Assembly: GCF_009834535.1 (NCBI RefSeq)
Contig: NC_045697.1
Location: forward strand, 70,496,001 to 70,560,000
Direction: 5' to 3'
DNA: 64,000 bases
From: Camelus ferus
Taxonomy: Eukaryota
Each line of letters starts with the position of its first letter. The first letter of the stretch is position 1. The notes under the pieces are model-generated. The model did not search any database. It was not told where the DNA came from and worked only from the letters and a program-made list of their open reading frames with translations. The translations under genes were made by a program, and so were the position numbers. This document shows, one piece after another, positions 51,271 to 64,000 of the stretch.

Positions 51271-52144
51271 GCTCCCATGTCCCTTCAGCTCTTCCCCAAA
51301 GCTTTTCAGATGCCTTTCTCAGCTCTCACATCCCTTTTGCTATTTCTCTAGACCAGCACTTATCAGAGATTGCCTCTTACTAGTGTTAGTTAGTGTGTGT
51401 CTGTCTCCTGCCTTCCCAGTTGTGAACTGCTAAGAGAGCCCTGGAAACATGTCATAGCATCAGGCAAAATGCCTGCCTATATGAGAGGCCCCCAAACTTT
51501 TAGTCAGACAGAATTGCACAAAATATATAGAAATGGTCTTATTGTCTTGTTTTGATTACAAGTGACAATGCAGTGACAAGATGCATGGTAGAGATAACCC
51601 CAATTATGGGTGTAATATAAAAAATAAGGTTTTGGAATTTTATATTTACAAGTAAATACAGGGATATTCAATACTGAGGGAACTGAACCTATAAAAAAAG
51701 ATTATCTGAAGCTTTGAGTATGTAGAACTTGAGTTGTTCAGACTACTTCTATGTTCCCTACTAGGTTTGTCCCAGTTTTCAAAATTCTTTTTGGAGGATT
51801 GCATCTCAGTCAATAGATAATTTCATGATTAGAAGAAAAAATTCTTTTTCATTTTTAAAGTTTTCACAAAATGTACTGTTTTTCTTAGTTTTCCTAGAAA
51901 TTATGAATGTATTGATAATTAATTTATTTTATGTATCTAAATATATACGTCATACACTCTGCATCTATGTATCTATCTATCCATCATCTGTATCTCCATC
52001 TCTCTAAGATAGCCAGGAGCAGGTTGAAAAAGCCATTGTTTTGGTTCTTTGCTTGATTATAGACTTTAGTAGAAGGATAGTCACCCACCTTGTTGGGCCT
52101 TCTGGAATAATCTTTCAAAACATTTTTATTTGTAACAAAAGACC

Positions 52145-52395
52145 ATATGATATTATAATTAAGAGCATGAACTTTGGAGTTAGGTTTCCTGGGTTTGAAT
52201 CCTAGTTTTACTTCTCAACTGTGTGAACAAGGGCAAGTTATTTTAACTCTCTCTTTCTGTTTCCTTGATTGTAAAATGGAGATAATCATAGTACTAACCT
52301 CCTTGAGGTGCTGTAAAGACCAAATGCGGTACCATTTTAAGTGCTTAGAATAGTACCTGGTACTAGTTGTATTACACAAGTGCTAGTTGTTATTT
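52145..52395 (+). mobile_element. MIR, near full length
   Basis: ttaagagcatgaactttggag...ctgggtttgaatcctag...tgtaaaatggagataatcatagtac...gtgcttagaatagtacctgg. Confidence 0.9.
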
Positions 52396-53929
52396 TTCTG
52401 GAACCCTCTTTTTTGTCCTCCCCCCGCTCCCCTCCCGCTCCCACGCTCTTTGGTACGTTCTTGGGCATTAGTTGTATGGTTGAGATGAGCACAAGTAAAT
52501 ACAGGCATATACACCTCAAAGGACCCTGGTATACACTTCTCTAGGGTAGGTGTTAATGCCGATGAGAAAGTTCTTGTATCAAGAGTTTTGTAAAATAGTT
52601 AATGGCCCTGCTCATAACTGGGAGTAAAATATATGGAGGAGTGATTAGAAATGCAGTCAGCACATTAAAGAAATGTTCAGATAATATAGTATGGGTTTGA
52701 CCATAGGCAACTGTAGTGTATTACTGACGTAGGAGCGGAGCTACAGATCTCAAAAAGCCATTCAGACCGAGAGGTTTGCAGACGTTAAGGAATTGCAAAT
52801 ATATGCAATTAATGGGTGAACAATGGGGAGAAGTGTTTGCTGACTCAGCCCAATACAAAGTTGCATCTGATTGATATTATTTACAGCTCTTTGGGAAACA
52901 ACAAGCCTCCTGCACGCACGGAGATGGCGCTAATGAGCCCATTGCTTGCCATTAGTCTGCATAATAAGACTAACCTTCATGGGCATTTTTTCTGAGTTTT
53001 GAAACTCTGCAGGTTTTTTTCCCTTACCCTTTTTACATTTCTGAAGTGTATGTGTTTAGTAGAGAAAGGCTCCAAAATTGTGCTCACCATGCTTGATTGG
53101 ACATGTAGTTTTTCCACTTTGGGTTTTAAATAGATTTGCAGATTTAGGAATCTGCAGACATAAAGCTTCTCTTGGCCTTCCTGAATGGACTGTCTACCGC
53201 CTCCTTTGACCAGATAATTCAGCACTCACCAAAACCTTCCAGTTATGTTTTCCATGCTTATTCATAGATACAAATCCCAATCCCTGTGTTTACTTTTATT
53301 TTTAATATTCATACAGAAACAAAATTATGGGTCTTTTGTTCATAGGAACTGTCAAGACAAGAAAAGAGCAAGAGGAAATGGGATTTATATATATAATTTT
53401 TTTGAACCATAAAATCATGGCATGACTAAGGAGCCTGGCAAGTAGTCATAAGAAAAAGTATAGGCTAATGCCAAATACTTAAATAAAAACCAAAGACCTC
53501 ACATAAATATTCAGACATCCTGTCTACATAATATCAGATAGCCAGATGCATGAAAGTATCTGCATAATGGACTGAGGTTTCTAGACTTAACTGAAACGTG
53601 TGATGCCATTTAGAGGTAAACCTTAAATGATTACGTTCGTTCTCAGAAGTCTCTAGTGCTGTCTTCCATGTGTGAGAGCCATGAAGCTGTTGCAAGGTTA
53701 GTGGCTGGCCTAATAGCATCTCGCACTAGGTTGTCCCTACTTATCTGCTTGTCTCGTCATGATACTACCTTGACGAATGGATCTTAGTGACCTACTCAGT
53801 TAATTCATCTCAAAAGATAAACAATCGCTTCCAGAGAATAATTTGCTAACAATGCCTCTGGAAATTATATAACAACATTTGGAGGAATTGGTTTTGTTTC
53901 TAGAGGAAATCAAGAGAAATCTGTGTTGT

Positions 53930-54125
53930 GTTACCTGGAGTTACTATTAAACGTGACCATGAATGTTTCTTAACCAATCTGAGCCTTGGTTCCTTCCTAA
54001 GTAATGTGGGCATTGCTAGAGCAGTTCTGGGGTTGTTATGAGACTAAGTAAGAAAATCTGTGCTAAAATGCCCAGTGCAGGACCTGACACCTGATAAGTG
54101 TGCAATAAGTGATAGTTGTGGGGTG
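53930..54125 (+). mobile_element. MIR
   Basis: gtgaccatg...ttaaccaatctgagcctt...ggttgttatgagactaa...cctgacac. Confidence 0.7.
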
Positions 54126-54834
54126 GTATCACATATTTAGGCTATTGATAGTGTTGTGTTACTGCACTCAATCACACGATAGCCGTGGCATGAGTGTTTG
54201 AGGCTTTCTCTCCCATTACTGAGTAAAGTTTTATTTTTAATAACTGGGACTTGAGGATGCTCCATTCTGCAGAAGCTTCAGTTGAGAATGCTTGACTAAA
54301 GGGCTCTCTCCTTGAGGGAGCTCAAGTTAATAGTTGATAGCCCTTCTGTTAGTCTCCACTGCCCAGAGGAATTTCTCTCTCTGCTCCTAGAAAGGGTAAG
54401 AGAGGTGGACACAATGTTTTATCAGATTGGGAAATGATTATTGAAGGTAATGCTTACTACTGCATGATTTGATTTTCAACTTGACAAGGACTTTGAGAAA
54501 TTTAAACTTCTAAGTAGTTTCCATGTATTAGATTTTTTTTCTACTTAAATTAATGTATGGGGGAGTAAATATCATATAATAGATAGATAGGTTGCTTGTG
54601 CCTGTGTGTACTCCTGTGTTTTGGGGACTCTGAATGTTCAGAACATTGGTGGCTACATGGCTAGGAAACAGACATGAGTGAAATGTATCAGGATGGTTTG
54701 AACTATGGACTTCTGCACTTTGATCCCGAGAACTCCAAGATGAGGGTTAGAACTTGAATTCTAAGCAGTGCAGAAAAAGAGATCTTCCTGTTGCTCTGGA
54801 GACAGACTCTCATCATTCCTTCAGCTTGAAGAAT

Positions 54835-55700
54835 AGGATCTTGGCTAGGATCCAGTTTTGAGACAAAAACTACACTTCTTATTTTAACAGAGAAAATTTA
54901 ATGTGAAGACTTGCTAATTTGGTATTAATGAACTAAAAATGGCCCAAATGAACATTTACAGAGGTAGTCCCTGTCCATAGGGCTGGCTGTGTGTGTGTGT
55001 GTGTGCGTGTGTGTGTGTGTGTGTGTGTGAGACTCCTGAATTTCCACAGGGTCTTGCATTTAGAAGGGTCCCATGCTTGGTTTAACACTCCACTGCTGCC
55101 ATCTTGAAATTCTTAATAAGTTTTGAACAAAGGTTTCACATTTTCATTTTTCAGTGGCTCTGGCAAATTATGTAGTTCAGTCCACCTGCAGGAAGGAGTT
55201 ACCAACTTTAGGCCTGGGGGAACAAAGGGAAGAAGTTGAGATTATTAAACAGAAGATCTTTGAGATGTGGATGCCAACCTGCTGCTGGTGTTTCTGAGTT
55301 CAGAGAAGGGACCCTGAAAGGCTAGGGCATAGACCTCTGAATGGATGCTGAGTGTCTGGTGCTGGAGTCTTGGAAGGGGCATGCCAAGACTGGTTCTAGG
55401 ATCTCTGAGATGGCACTGTGAGCCTGCTTCTAGAAATGTCAGAACTTCAGACTTCTACCACTGGAGGGGATTGCTATTCATGGTTTGAAGAAGTATTGCT
55501 TAGTGATGTGAATAAAGCCAAAATCCAAACGGATCAGGAAACAGAAGAGATTCAGGAAGCAGACGAAAAGGAGCCAATCCCCTCTCCCTTTCCCAGCCTC
55601 CCCATTCTCCTCTTGTCCCTGACTTCGTGTTTTTAGGCAACCAGCTGGCAAAGCACCGCCGTGTGCTGTAGAGTTCTAGTTCCAGAGTCACAGCTGAAGC
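54835..55700. mobile_element. Ancient ERV-type LTR (LTR78/79-like), interrupted by MER91A
   Basis: tattttaacagagaaaatttaat...ctgcaggaagg...ctgggggaacaaagggaaga. Family assignment from memory and uncertain. Confidence 0.45.
54978..55184 (+). mobile_element. MER91A (hAT-Tip100) with internal (TG)n
   Basis: agggctggct...agaagggtcccatgcttggtttaa...catcttgaaattcttaataa...ttttgaacaa...cattttcatttt...gcaaattatgtag. Confidence 0.85.
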
Positions 55701-56464
55701 ACAGAAAGGTGTGTGTGGAGGGAGAGCTTAGCAGCCTTCGCGAGCAGTAAGAGCCCAGTAAGAAACGTCTCAAGTCTCTGTCCTCCCAGCAGCAGCCCTG
55801 CCAGGACCTGGTTGGACAGATCTTCTGATGGTCATATGAACCCTCAGAAGACTCAACTGACATGACCTTTCCAAATAGACCTTGTATTTGTAGCTCCATT
55901 TTGCCCCGAGACCTTTATGATAATTTATGTGCTATGTAATTCTGGTTCAGATACACACGTCAGAAAAGGGGAGGGAATTCTTCACTGTGAAGAATATTGA
56001 CTTTCCCTCTGAGTGCTTCTTGGAAGGAAACATGCTATTTTAAGTAAGTATCAGACTGCAGGCTTCTCCCTTTGTCTTCTCTCAAATGTAGAGTTGTGTT
56101 TGTGCCAGTACTTGGGTAAAATTGGATAAACATGAAAAAACGTTTAACATAAAAGTTTATATCTAGTACAATTTTTTAAAAAATTCTTTACTCAGTTAAA
56201 GTAAGGATTATTATTTCATTTTAAATGAAACATTTTCCATTTAAGAATTCAAAGTTCCCACAAAGAAGGCCGCTTGGGACAAGAGGGTGTGTGTTTTTCT
56301 TGCCCCATCCAGCTGAGCTCTTGCAAGCCCCCTACATTGCTCTGGCAGCCAAAGCTGTGGCAGTAAGGGGTTCAGCTGTATAGTTTGGTGGCCTAAAGAA
56401 TGTTAGGATCTGTGATAGCACTTTATCAGTGGCGTCCTCACCACATATCCCTTCCCCTATAGCT

Positions 56465-56665
56465 TTTATTTTTAATTTTGCTTTTCCTTTAAGTGTAATT
56501 CATTTACAATATTGGTTTCAGGTGTACAGCAAAATGTTTCAGTTATACATATACAAAACAGCTGTATATTTTTTTCCAGACTCTTTTCCAACGTTATTAA
56601 AATAAATTGAATATAGTTCCTCTGTGCTGTACAGTATGTCCTTGTTGTTTATCTATTTTATGTAA
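56465..56665 (-). mobile_element. L1 3' tail
   Basis: tttcaggtgtacagcaaa...ttgaatatagttcc...tgtgctgtacagta...ccttgttgtttatctatttta. Confidence 0.85.
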
Positions 56666-57583
56666 TGTCTCCTGTTCCTTTTTTAAAAAACAACATATGG
56701 ATTATTAAGGATAAAGTGTTTCATCAGAATGATGATGTCAAGCAAGGTAACTACATGAACTTACGCTTACTTTCATGAGACTGGTTTCTCTACCTCTAGG
56801 GCTATCTTCCTAACAACACCTTTGAAAATCAGATAGGTCTTTGGTCTCTAAAAGGCCAGAGGTATGGAAAGTATCTAAGGGAGGGAGAGAAAGCCTGGGA
56901 CAGAATTATTTTGTTACGGCTGTTTGCAGATGGAGAACAAGTATAGTAATAGTTTATATACTTGTTGTCCATCATCCACCCCCATCTTCCTCAAAATGAA
57001 GTGTAAGGCTCCTCAGGACAGATTGTCAAACGTTTGCCTGGAGCCACTGAGCCGGGCACCGCTGACGTGCTCGGCTCAGAGCTGTCATTAAGGGGGCAGG
57101 CGGGCAGGCCGACAGGTTAACTTGATATGCTTGATTTCAGCATCATTGTTGGACCGAGGGCAGTCACAGCAAGGGTGCTGAATTCAGAGAAGTTCTTGCT
57201 TGCAAAATGCCAAAGGTGGGTTTTAAACAAAAATATCTACGGGAAATGCATCGGTGAAGTGCATTTTCTTCATCAAGTGCATGATTTACCACAAAGCACG
57301 CAGGAATAAAGCTACCCTCCTGCTGCTCCGCTTGGCCCTCTTTTTCATTTACCAGCAAGGGTCCCCAAATTGTATACACACGTAGAGGCTTTGTTGCTCC
57401 TCCGGAGAAGGGAAGAGAGAGACCCAGCTGAAGCAGCTTCCTGAACTCTTGCATTATTTTGCCCTGGTGGTTTTAATTAGAGAAAAAATAACTGCATTGA
57501 GACCATCTGCATATTCATAATGTGGAACATATGGCTGATTTTCAGGATTTTGAAAAAGAAAATGCATTAATAACCATGCTTCT

Positions 57584-57591
<8 letters not shown>

Positions 57592-57621
<30 letters not shown>
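57592..57621. repeat. poly(T)30
   Basis: Directly visible. Confidence 0.95.
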
Positions 57622-57623
<2 letters not shown>

Positions 57624-59749
57624 ATTTCAGGCTATTTCTTTGAAAAATAATATATTTGAAAAAAACCTGTTTACTCTTTACACAAGCCAGATGTGCTCAC
57701 TCCTTTAGGCTCTGTGTGTTGTGTCTGCTACTATTGGACATTTCAGCAAAAAATGCTAAAACAGAATATGGTTGTTTATGATGGAGAATGCCCTGTAAGT
57801 GAGTCCGTAACACTTTGTAGATGTGTATTTACATCAACACGTTGTCTTTTGTTAGGCATATGTTACTGGAGTTGTATTTATGAGACAGTCTTATTAGAAT
57901 TTCCTGAGAGCATGATGAAGACCCAAGTCTAGATGGTGTACACAGGGGTGTGTGTGTGTGTGTGTGCGTGTGCGCTTGTGTGGATGAGGATGTGTGTATC
58001 TTAGATAGGACACAGCAATGTGCATCTAGTTTTGACCAAGTGAAATAATCATCAATTGTGAAAACTAAAATGATTAAATTTATAGAAAGGATTTCAGACT
58101 TAATGTTATGCTGGTAAGATAATAAATAAGATGGAGTGACTTTTGAATTTTAAATTCTTACTGAAAGATAAAGCAAACTCTAGTTATAGTAGAAGGAAAC
58201 AGAAAACCAATAAAACTTTTGGTTTCTTTGTCTGGCTTTTGGATAGTCAGTGAATCAATAAATCTAATTCCCAGTGTAAGGTAACAAATGAGAAAACGAC
58301 CGAAGTGCTAGAATTGGCATAACTATCTTAATAACAATGCAGAAAAAGGTGTAAACAGAGTGGGGGGAAGATTAGGAAAGAAATGAAATTTTGTTCCTCT
58401 GAGACCAAGCTGCCATGTTTGTAAAGTAAAGGTAAGAAGACACAAGGGAAAGGAAAATTAGATGGCAGAGAGTTGTTCTGTTGTGAAGAATTGGAGGAAA
58501 TCCACCTGCTCCCCGGGAGTCTGCTTCTGAGGCATGCGTGTCCTGTGGACATGGTGCATCTTAGTTATTCTCTTAAAGCTTCTAGGTTCTTTAAGGCCCC
58601 CAGGGCTCAAAGACGCAGTTTCTTTCTTCTGTGTTGCCACACTCTTTTGAATTTAGCAAGAGATCTTAGGAACTGTCTAGCTCCATGTTTGTAACTTGTG
58701 CAGTTTACAGATAAAAAAAAAATGGAGCTATTTGGAGCAAGTATTGCTTATTAAAAAGAAAACACTCCAAGGCAGTGATCGACATTAAAATAAACAACAT
58801 GCTTATATCAGAATTATGCCAGAGTCTCTGTTTTGCAAAAGGAAATGATGTGACATTTCCACTTAGCAGTGAGGGCATTGGAAATTTCCAGTATTTCAGA
58901 ATCTGTCTGTGATGACTGTCAGATTGGGAATGATCTTGCTTTTATGGATTTGGTAAGTAAGTGACTTCTTTTCAAGGAACTGACTTAATCTGAATGAATT
59001 TTGTCCCTTTTCCCCGCTTCTAGTTAGAACATCACACCTATGATTTCACCAATATCCTGTCTTGAAATAGACTATTTTAACTCAGTTCAATGCCATAGCT
59101 CTTTGAATAGTAGAAAAGGATGTCTTCTGCGTTTTTTTTCTGTCCTCTAATTTCCAGTCATGATGATACAAAGCTAATCATTTTCATATGGTTTTGAAAT
59201 ATGGTCCCTTCATATGTACTGTCTTTATATCTACTTATAAATTCCCTTGGCTTTCTTCTTTACTGTGAATATCAAACTTTTTCACAGTGGATTCAATCTG
59301 CTGTTTCTTGTGCATATATTTATCTTGGTTATAGGCAGTGTAATGTATGTATTCATTTTGCTCTGGGTCTCATATTGTCTTATTCATCTTATTCATGACT
59401 TTTTTTCTCTATGAATTTTATACTGTTTTGAACTCAATTAGAGTTCATAAAATTGTCCCCATTCTTTTTCAGGGGACAGAGTGTACTTAGATGTAGCAAT
59501 ACCATGTTTTAGTAAAATATGGGCAATTCAATCAGTGTGACTTCTCCTTCTTACTTTTTTTAAATTTGATTTGGCTTCATGTCAATCCAGAAGTGAAAAT
59601 GGAAGATCTTCATAATAACTGTTTTCCTTTTCTTACTGACTTGTAATAGAATGTGATGTATATCTTTTGGTTCTGTGAATTTAATTCCTCAAAAACCTCA
59701 GTCAATTCAATTATTCAATATGAAGTGGCCCAAACATTTGAAATAAGTT

Positions 59750-60041
59750 TTCCTTTTTCTTTTATTGTGGTAAAATATATATAACACAAACTTTACCCAT
59801 TTTAATCATTTGAAGTGAACAATTCGGTGATATTAGTACCTTCACATTATCATGCAATCATTACCACCATCCGTCTCCAGAACTTTCCCATCATTCCAAA
59901 CTGAAGCTCTGTACCCCATAAGCAATAACTCCCCATCTGCCCTGCCCAGCCCCTGGTAACCACTATTTTACTTTCTGTCTCTATGAATTTGACTATTCTG
60001 GGTACTTCATATAAATGGAATTATATGATATTTGTTCTCTG
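59750..60041 (-). mobile_element. L1MB-type 3' end
   Basis: tttattgtggtaaaatat...cagcccctggtaaccactattttactttctgtctctatgaatttgactattct. Confidence 0.88.
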
Positions 60042-61889
60042 AGGCAAATGTTCCCTTTTTAAATGGATATTATAGCATTAAGGAGATGACTTGGCCCCCT
60101 CAAATTGCTCCTTCCCTTCCCTTTAGTTTCCAGCTGTGCCACCAGTCGGTGGAGTGCGGTGGGTTAGGGCTTCCTCGTGAGCCACAGTGAGGACATGCAT
60201 CAGTTCACGTTGTCGAAGACGGATTCATTTCACATCTTGTCACACTGATACGATCACACTCATATAAGCATATTTTTAAGTTACATAAGTTGAGGAAATC
60301 AAAATATTTTTAAATGAATTAACTGAAATTATTCCCTGTGCATCTTGTGTGTGTGAATCTGTGTGTGTGTATGCTCATAAAGGAAATGGTTTTATTTGGT
60401 AATTTTAATAACTCATTTCCATTAAGTCATAGTATAGTTTACAAAGTACTTTTCACAGACACTTTCCTATCAAGCATTATTAATGTTTACTAATTAACAA
60501 ATTAATGTTTAGTCCCACATTTAGATTCTATAATTCAGGCTCAGTGAGATCAACTCCCTCACATCCACAAGACAAATGAGTGGTGGTGTGGGGTGGGCAC
60601 AGTCCCATTGTGTTGGTACCACCTCCCTCCCTCTCACTAATCACCCCCCAGCCGTGCAGGAAGCCGTGGCAGGGAGCCCCAGTTTGGTGTACTAATCAGC
60701 AGATGCAACGCTCTCCTTCATTTAATTTGACTTTCCAAAAGACCCTTCCGTGTGTCCAACACTCTGCTACTCACTCTAAGGACCAGACACTTGACCTACA
60801 CATTGTGAGTCTCCGCCAGGGTCAGAAACTTCCCATGTCTGGCAAAGAGCTTCCCCCAAGCAGCAGTAATTAAGAATCAGGAACTCTCTTCTCTCACCAA
60901 AACTGGGTCACATTATAGATAGTGGGGAGAGATAGCGTGGGACTAGTTTGGAGTGGCAGCTGACCAAGTTCTATGGCTGGCAACAAACGTGGAAAATGGC
61001 CTTATGTTAAAGTCCAACATGAAATTGCAAACAAAATAATAATACTAAATGCTGCCAATGGTATTTAAAAAAACTTTCAAAATGTAAGGAACATCGTGTA
61101 AAGCATCTCGGTTTACTCTGTGGTCTCTAGGCTGTATCTCTGTGTCTGGTCTGCACAGGAAACACAGCGAAGGAAGGAGGCATGAGGCAGAAAGCTCAGC
61201 TCGTCTCTGTGCTTTCTTGACTCTTGAAACCTCGCATTCCCTAGAGTATCATCAGAGAGGTTTTAAAATTTCTTTTAAAATTGTAGCTTGGCAGAGTTGT
61301 AGAAGTGTTTCATTTCTTGAGCCCTTGCTGGACGTGTGCTTTGACAGAACCGTGCTCTGCGGGTCCTGCAGAGCTGCAGGCGGGGAACGCGTTCTGCTGC
61401 CTGGGTTCATCCCTCGGTTCCTCCTCATTCTCTCCTATTTTACTCGGCACTTTGATCCTTTCTCTTTTCCACTCCAAATTGGTCCCTGTGTATCCTGTGT
61501 CAATTGGCACACTTCTATTAAAGAATTATTTTGCTAATAATATCCTAGCTGTTCTGAATTCTACAGTCTCTTTCATCCTATTTGCGTTTAATGTTGATTG
61601 CACTAAATCCCACTGTTGATTCTTGCTAATCCCAGCTTGACTGCTTAGCTTTCTGTTCAGTTTATCTATAGATTCACCAAACATCCTTACTTCAAAGAGG
61701 TCACATGTTTGCAAAAAGTTGTTTTTTATTAAATAACATTTTACTTTAACAATTTGATACAAAGAAGATAATTATTTAAAAATTCACAGTGGTTTGCTGA
61801 TTTGTTAATGTTGCCCAGTGTGCTTAGGTGAGGTGAAACAGCTTTTAGTTTGAAAAAATAAATCTTACCTTAATGGAATGGTTCAAAAG

Positions 61890-61980
61890 ACTCTCTTTCT
61901 AACTAGCTGTGCTACACTGGATGAGTTGTTAGACCTTTCCAGACATTTATTCTGCATCAAAAATGAGGAGTGGAAACTTC
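61890..61980 (+). mobile_element. MIR core fragment
   Basis: aactagctgtgct...gagttgttagaccttt...catcaaaaatgagg. Confidence 0.6.
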
Positions 61981-62724
61981 CACTTGCCTCTGGGCATCAA
62001 AATGCAACAATTTTTATGAATTTACAAAGAGCGAACTTGGCGTGTTGCCTGAGGACTCCTAGCAGATACATTTCAGATGCTCTTGGCTGTGTGTTTCTAG
62101 AAATCAATTTCCTCATTAGTCCTCTTTCAACTTATTTTGAAATTCAGCCTCTGGATTTCTTCCGTCTCCTTCCCACTGCAGCCCAGCTCAACTTGTTTAT
62201 TTCTAGAAGCTAGCAGCTTCTGTATGTGCATTGAAACAAAGCTCTACCAGCTTTTGAGAGCTACACATGGAATTTCGGTAAGGGGATTTCATAGAAGAGT
62301 AACTTTTATGGCAGTGAGCTGCTGTCCTTTGTTTTCTTTTTCAGACCATTGAATCATTGTCAGACATAAATATGATTTCTGTGTTTTGTTTGGCTTGCAT
62401 GACTCGGTTTACATGAATATTTTATCTTTATACATTAACTTTATCTGGAACATGATTTTTTAAAGAGTTTGTTTGAGTAAGACTGTTTCTACTATGCACT
62501 AGGCCTCATTTTCCTATGGAAGTGTGCTTTCAGTGTTACACTAGAAGTCTATTGGAAAACAGGATTAAAATGAAAGCATTTCATTTTGAAAGCAACTTTT
62601 TAGTAATACTATGTATGAAGGCCTTGATTAGGTTTTTAGGCTTTTCCTCTCTCATCAGGTGGTTTACAAGTTAGAGAGGAAACTATATTCCATAGAGGCA
62701 GGGTACTTCTATATTTCGTAGAGG

Positions 62725-62920
62725 AAGATGTCTAGACTTTAAATTCAGTAGCTTTGAACTTCAGTCTCAGGCCACTCTAAGCTGAATGACCTTAGAGAAG
62801 TCATTTTACCTCTTGGAGCCTCAGTTCTTCACCTGTAAATTGAGGGCAATAATAATTACTTCCCAAGATTAGAGCTAAATACCATCTAACCCACAGGAGG
62901 CACTAAACAAACAGTATTAG
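62725..62920 (+). mobile_element. MIR
   Basis: tgaccttagagaagtca...gagcctcagttcttcacctgtaaat...aataataat. Confidence 0.8.
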
Positions 62921-63319
62921 GATGGATGAGTTTCTACTAAGAGATGAGAAAGATTTTAGTTCTCTTCGCCTCAGAGTACTATTTGGTTTTTTCTTTTGGA
63001 CTCAAAGTAAGAATTCACTGGGTACAATTGTGCAACTTAACTATCATTTTAATAAATTTGTCTTTAAATGATATCTACTAATGATTTCCTTCATATCCCA
63101 AACCAGCTTTTTATCACATTCTCAGCCTTCTTAAAAATTAACTGTCAGCAAAGTAAGTGAGTGATGTTATCAGATACTTTTTTGTTTTAAGCCAAACAAT
63201 CCCACCACTATGTAGTTTGAGTTTCCATTATATGCTTCATTTGCTTCTCTGCTGGTTTTCTGACCTGAATCAAAAAATTTTCTCCTTTTCTCTCCCTCTC
63301 TCCTCCATGCCTTTTTTTC

Positions 63320-63470
63320 TTCCTCTCATTTAACATGTATGTAATGAGTGTACTTACTGGCCTAGCACTGTTCTAGGCCCTGGGGTGAGCAGTAAACAAA
63401 CTAGGAGGCCTTCTTTAAATGAGATGGTCAGAGAAGGCTTCTCTGAGAAGGTAACATTTAGGTGGAGCAG
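63320..63470 (-). mobile_element. L2 3' fragment
   Basis: catttaaca...gcactgttctaggccctgggg...gtcagagaaggcttctctgagaaggtaacattt. Confidence 0.75.
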
Positions 63471-64000
63471 TCTTTATAGTGTGATATTTAATATGACATA
63501 AATTTCTACTGAAGGTAATCATTTTTCTGAAACATAAAGTCTGCAATATAAAGCAAAGAATACACATATATACCTGTGTAATCTCTTTTTCTGTCTATCT
63601 GTCTGTCTCTCTGACTAGATACCTAAACAAATTCTGATTACAAGGGGCATTTCAGGAGACCATAGAGAGAGGAGGTTATATTCTAGGCTGGTGAGGAAAA
63701 ATTAAGACCAGAAGGTCTAAATACATGCCTATGTTTATGGTGCCAGGGTTGACATTTAAACCAGGCCTTGTGATTCTTATTTTGGTGTTATTTCTAACAA
63801 ACTACACCACCTCTGAATCTTTCAGAGTCCCCCAAGTTTGACTGAGTTGACAGGAGAGGTAGAAAGCATTTACCATCTTCTGGGAGCCATGGCAGGTGTC
63901 ACAAGCAAAAGATGATCCCCGATCTTGGGGAGTTTACAGTCAAGTGGAGAAGACAAACCATTTCATTAGTCCTGGTGCCTGTTCTGTTTCAGGTATTACC

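Overview
This is mammalian (eutherian) non-coding DNA, intronic or intergenic. It is AT-rich, CpG-depleted and dominated by interspersed repeats: L1, L2, CR1/L3, MIR, MaLR LTRs and hAT/Tigger MITEs. I can support no host protein-coding gene, RNA gene or CRISPR array; the long ORFs are L1 remnants or chance ORFs. The young L1 tails look cetartiodactyl, and I see no Alu, Bov-tA/BovB, PRE-1 or Can-SINE copies, which tentatively suggests a camelid. The most notable structures are: (1) a 3-kb L1 with a perfect 18-bp TSD that keeps its promoter and ORF1 but lacks almost all of ORF2, plus an older 5'-end/3'-end L1 fusion that rejoins ORF2 within about 15 nt of the same position; (2) a four-layer nested insertion (L2 > L1 > ~1.8-kb poly(A)-tailed retrocopy of an unidentified sequence > 90-bp L1 tail), with each of the three inserted layers flanked by its own TSD; (3) a dense CpG micro-island, several enhancer-like motif clusters, hairpins and candidate exons. 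Repeat subfamily names are from recollection of consensus sequences, and repeat boundaries without TSDs are approximate. I found no evidence of a wholly new biological system.
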